DNA of 63,306 nucleotides, counting the filler, from Octopus bimaculoides (Eukaryota): the NCBI RefSeq assembly GCF_001194135.2. It is 7 parts of 5 records of this genome, joined end to end, with 100 filler letters (N's around TTAATTAATTAA, not from the genome) between each part and the next. Parts side by side here need not be neighbours in the genome. Positions count along the whole stretch, not along the records: positions 61,540 to 63,306 come from NW_026332749.1; 6 more parts are not named here. One strand, 5' to 3'. Position numbers and translations under genes: made by a program. Positions 63,021-63,306 of the stretch are shown here, piece by piece. The notes under the pieces are model-generated. The model was not told the DNA's origin. It saw only the letters and a list, made by a program, of their open reading frames with translations, and did no database searches. The number at the start of each line of letters is the position of its first letter. Positions within the stretch are counted from its first letter, which is position 1.

Positions 63021-63306
63021 AGAACACATAAATAAATAAGAGTGATATTGAAAATGTATTTAGAAGCAAAGAATATTAGTAGAGCATCCCAACAGAAATA
63101 TCAATAGAATGCGAAGGCAACAGACCAGATATTGGTTCCAAAGAATAAGATATATGATATGTTATTTTGTAGTTGATGATAAAAAAAAGAAAAAGAGCCG
63201 AAGAGCTGAGCAGGGGTGGAGCTGGTGCAGGAAAGAACATATATGCACAACGAAGGTGGATATGACGACATTTTAAAACAAAACAAAGTGTAAATTTACA
63301 TTATGT

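Overview
This is repeat-dominated, gap-riddled eukaryotic genomic DNA. The repeat families suggest a coleoid cephalopod, most likely Octopus (inferred from recalled repeat families, not searched). I found no intact host gene. Nearly all supplied ORFs are microsatellite or N-gap artefacts. The window holds: (1) dozens of tRNA-derived SINE copies in at least four modular families (called A-D here) plus RTE-tail elements; (2) decayed LINEs: a 5'-truncated L1/Tx1-like 3' end, RTE, and two R4/Dong-like REL elements abutting microsatellites; (3) DNA transposon relics: two mariners, an internally deleted Tc1, Tigger/pogo, hAT and several MITEs; (4) Penelope-like GIY-YIG relics; (5) six 44N-TTAATTAATTAA-44N scaffold spacers. 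Three observations stand out. About eight hammerhead-ribozyme-like cores from several repeat families are scattered through the window; the best is at 55059-55181. One SINE-A subfamily shares its 3' tail with the Tx1-like LINE present here. A 272-bp palindrome at 8092-8363 carries back-to-back tRNA-like Pol III heads. Boundaries of degenerate elements are approximate, read by eye.
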